From an uncultured Gemmatimonadales bacterium (GTDB lineage: Bacteria; Gemmatimonadota; Gemmatimonadetes; Gemmatimonadales; GWC2-71-9): a stretch of DNA of 64,000 nt. The notes beneath the pieces are model-generated. The model had not been told where the DNA came from, did no database searches, and was given only the letters and a program-made list of their open reading frames with translations. Made by a program: the position numbers and the translations under genes. Below, piece after piece: positions 60,940 through 64,000 of the stretch. Every line of letters starts with the position of its first letter. Position 1 is the stretch's first letter. Location of the stretch: NCBI GenBank assembly GCA_963728915.1, contig CAVSLV010000001.1:1408001-1472000 (forward strand), given 5' to 3'.

Positions 60940-61689
60940 CGGGACTCCTCGTCTTCGAAGGCTTCGTGGGCCGGCACGAACCGGCCCCCGCTCACGATCG
61001 ACGAAATCACCCCGGTACGTTCCAGCTGATCGGCCCGGATCGCGAGATAGATGTGGATCGGAATGAAGGTGAGGAACAGCCAGGTGCCGGCATGGTGGAG
61101 CAACCGGACCACCGGCATCCCGCCGAACACCGGCCCGATCCAGTTGGTCAGGGAATAGATCATCCCGCCCGGATTGGATTGCCCGTAGAGCGCGAACCCC
61201 GACAGCACCATGAAGAAGGTGAGGGCGTAGATCGCGGTGTAGCTGAGCTGCTGGAGCGGGTTATGGCCGAGGTAGCGGGGCGCCTTCTCCGGCCGGATCA
61301 TCAGGTAGAACTTGATCATGCGGAACAGGTTGACCCAGTCGCGGGGACGGATCGGGAAGAGGGCGCCCAATCCGCTCGTAGCGATTCCCCATGAACAGCC
61401 AGTAGACCCGCACGATCCCGGTCATCACCAGCACCGCGGCCGAGGCAAAGTGCAGGAACCGCACCCAGCCCATCAGGAAGTGGGCGCTGGCCTCGCCGCC
61501 GGTCATGAAATAGGGCTTGCCGATATACAGACCGGTCACCACCAGCAGGACCACGCAGGCCGCCGCGGTCCAGTGCATGGCGCGGAGCGGCCACTCCCAC
61601 AGGTACACCCAGCGATAGTCGCCGGTCGGAGGCGGGACCTTGTGGGCCATGGTGATCCCGGGGCGACGCCGGACGCGGGTCTCGCTCAT
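60936..61689 (-). CDS. hyaC: Ni/Fe-hydrogenase b-type cytochrome subunit (frameshift ~61370)
   Basis: WEWPLRAMHW, RFLHF, GHNPLQ, RLLHH..HIY, ISSIVSG. Confidence 0.92.
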
Positions 61690-63400
61690 TGCACCTTCAC
61701 CGAAACCACCGGCGCCCCGGTCGCATCGAGCACGTGCACTCCGCACGCCATGCAGGGATCGAACGAGTGGATAGTGCGCAGGATCTCGAGCGGCTCATTG
61801 GGACGTACCAGGGGATGGTTGTCGACCAGCGAGGCCTCGTAGGGCCCCATCTGTCCCTTGTCGTCCCTGGGCGAGCAATTCCAGGTACTGGGCACCACGC
61901 ACTGGTACCGCGCGATCTTCCCGTCCATGATCTGGACCCAGTGGCCCAGCGCGCCTCGGGGAGCATCGAGATAGCCATAGCCCTGGGCGGTCTTGGGCCA
62001 GCTGGAGGGATCCCATTTGCTCTTCTCGAAGGTCCGGGTATCCCCGCTCTTGATCCGCTCGATCAGCTGCCCGAACCAGACTTCCATGCGTCGGGCAAGC
62101 AGGACGGTCTCGATGCCCCGCGCCGCAGTGCGGCCCAGGGTGGAGAAGAGCGCGGCCGGCCCGACATTCAGCTTCTCAGGGTCTGGCCGACCAGCTCCTT
62201 CGCCCCTTCGTGTCCGGAGGCATAGGCGACCAGCATTCGGGCGAGTGGGCCCACCTGCATCGGCTTGCCTTCGTACCGGGGGGCCTTCATCCAGGTGTAC
62301 TTCTGATGGTCCTGGAGATACTCGTAGGGCGGCTTCGGTCCGGTATAGACCGGCTTGGTTTCGCCGGACCAGGGGTGCAGCCCGACCCCATCGCCGTCGG
62401 TGTACTGGTACCAGGAGCTGGTGATGTATTCCTCGACCTGGCGATGATCGTAGGGGTGGACCGTGCTCAGGTCCTTGTCCAGGATGATGCCGCGAGGGAG
62501 ATACAGCTTGTCGAGATCCCGGACATCGGCCTCGGGGAACTCGCCGCAGGCGAGGAAGTTGGGCACCCCGCCCCCGATGGCGGCCCAGTCCTTGTAGAAC
62601 CCGGCGATCGCCACCAGATCGGGCCAGTACACCTGCTCCACGAACTCGCGGGCCCGCCGGATCATGCCCTGGATGTCGACCAGCTTCTCCGCGTTGATCG
62701 TCGCGGTGCCCTCGATATTGATGGCGCTCGCCATCCCGCCCACCAGAAAATTGGGGTGGGGATTCTTTCCGCCGAAGATGGTATGCACCCGGATGACGTC
62801 TCGCTGCCAGTCGAGCGCCTCGAGGTAATGGGCCACCGCGAGGAGGTTCACTTCGGGCGGAAGCTTGTAGGCGGGATGGCCCCAGTAGCCGTTCTGGAAA
62901 ATGCCGAGCTGACCACCGCCGGCGAATTTCTTGAGGCGGTCCTGGACCGACCGATAGTAGGTCTCGGAGTTGTTGGGCCAGGGGGAGATGCTCTTCGCGA
63001 TGCGCGCGGTGCCCGCCGGGTCGGCGCTCAAGGCGCTGATCACGTCCACCCAATCGAGCGCGTGGAGATGGTAGAAGTGGATCACGTGATCCTGGATGAA
63101 CTGCATCCCGTGGATCAGATTCCGGATGATGTTCGCATTGGGCGGAATGGTGATGTCGAGCGCGTCTTCCACGGCGCGGCAGGATGCCACCGCATGAACC
63201 ACGGTACACACGCCGCAGATGCGCTGGGTGAAGGCCCAGGCGTCCCGGGGATCGCGGCCCTGGAGAATGATCTCGATTCCCCGGAACTGGGTCGAATGGG
63301 CCCACGCATTGGTGATCCGCCCGGCATCCGCCTGCGCCTCGATCCGGAGGTGCCCCTCGATACGGGTGATGGGATCAACGACGACCTTGGTCACGGCCAT
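61686..63400 (-). CDS. Group 1 [NiFe]-hydrogenase large subunit (frameshift ~62180)
   Basis: DPITRIEGH, L1 QRICGVC, PRGALGHW, L2 SFDPCMACGVH plus a cleavable tail. Confidence 0.96.
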
Positions 63401-63403
63401 GGC

Positions 63404-64000
63404 TCACTCCTTTCCCGCGTCGGGGGGAAGCACCGGCAGCTCGCCCTTGCGCCGCTCTCGTACCTGGTGAACTCCGGTGGCGATCGCGTGGGCCGCCACT
63501 CCGGCGGTCGCCCCGATCGCGAGCGCCGCGCCCATGATGTCCACGGTGCGCTCGACCCCGAACCCGCCCACATCAGGCAACCGGTCGTAGAACGGAGTCA
63601 TGGTGTCCCAGAAATTCCGCTCGGTGCAGCCGATGCAGGGATGCCCCGCCCCGATCGGCCAGCTGGTCCCACCGTTCCACTGGAAGATCGGACAGGGCGA
63701 GAACGTCGCCGGGCCCTTGCAGCCGACATGGTAAAGACACCAGCCCTTGCGGGCGTTCTCGTCGTCGAACACCTCGACATACTGTCCCGCGTCGAAGTGG
63801 GCCCGGCGGGGACACTGATCGTGGATCCGCTTGCCGTAGGCGAACAGCGGCCTCCCATCGGCATCCGTCGCCGGAAGCCGGTTGAAGGTGAGGAAGTGCG
63901 CCACCGTGGCCGTGACGACATCACCGATGGGCGGGCAGCCGGCCACGTTGATCATCGGCTTGTCCTTGATCACTTCGGCGACCCCCACGGCCCCGGTGGG
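63404..64000 (-). CDS. Group 1 [NiFe]-hydrogenase small subunit, 5' truncated by the window edge
   Basis: GCPP, HDQCPRR, CLYHVGCKGP, WPIGAGHPCIGC, C-terminal TM anchor with His. Confidence 0.95.
   Translation of the reverse strand, partial: PTGAVGVAEVIKDKPMINVAGCPPIGDVVTATVAHFLTFNRLPATDADGRPLFAYGKRIHDQCPRRAHFDAGQYVEVFDDENARKGWCLYHVGCKGPATFSPCPIFQWNGGTSWPIGAGHPCIGCTERNFWDTMTPFYDRLPDVGGFGVERTVDIMGAALAIGATAGVAAHAIATGVHQVRERRKGELPVLPPDAGKE

Noticed and set aside
5743..63400. Numerous frameshifts (ntpB, ntpD, RND, DUF1611, uvrA, ccmF, porin, hypF, hydrogenase subunits) read as pseudogenes or programmed frameshifting
   Set aside because: Single-base indels are spread evenly, several in homopolymer or GC runs, and hit conserved genes whose motifs are intact with no internal stops noticed. 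This is typical of unpolished long-read assembly.
61686..64000. Calling the hydrogenase O2-tolerant group 1d
   Set aside because: The supernumerary proximal-cluster cysteines would lie outside the window, and the L2 motif (DPCMACGVH) is not decisive by eye; needs HydDB.
1..64000. tRNA, rRNA, IS elements, integrases, prophage or defence genes
   Set aside because: None recognisable; intergenic gaps are short and accounted for.

Overview
High-GC bacterial window; the gene content and style suggest Gemmatimonadota, which is inference only. It is dominated by energy-metabolism and stress loci, in this order: (1) an A/V-type ATP synthase operon (I-K-E-C-F-A-B-D); (2) a hypoxia/redox block with CBS proteins, three universal stress proteins, DUF2892 proteins, a TolC-MFP-RND-PII-like-DUF2892-ArsR operon, MgtC/DUF4010, a DosS-like GAF kinase with an OmpR-family regulator, a P1B-5 ATPase and a ba3-type oxidase including a tiny subunit IIa missing from the ORF track; (3) an S41 protease and DUF1611; (4) a pspA operon led by five tandem paralogous small membrane proteins; (5) uvrA, then a TPR / pseudo-transglutaminase / ABC exporter operon; (6) a Tat-exported Cys-rich bacteriocin-like cassette; (7) variant Ccm cytochrome c maturation genes facing a porin-multiheme cytochrome cluster with about 45 heme motifs; (8) a group 1 [NiFe]-hydrogenase operon with hypABFCDE, followed by a formyltransferase plus enoyl-CoA hydratase pair (a candidate split HypX) and a Ni transporter. 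Many genes, including conserved ones, carry single-base frameshifts, best explained as long-read assembly errors. The best candidates for undescribed systems are the five-paralog PspB-like array, the split HypX, the porin-cytochrome conduit next to the hydrogenase, a DosS-like/OmpR hypoxia regulon with CTTCA-N6 repeats, and the Tat Cys-hairpin toxin cassette.
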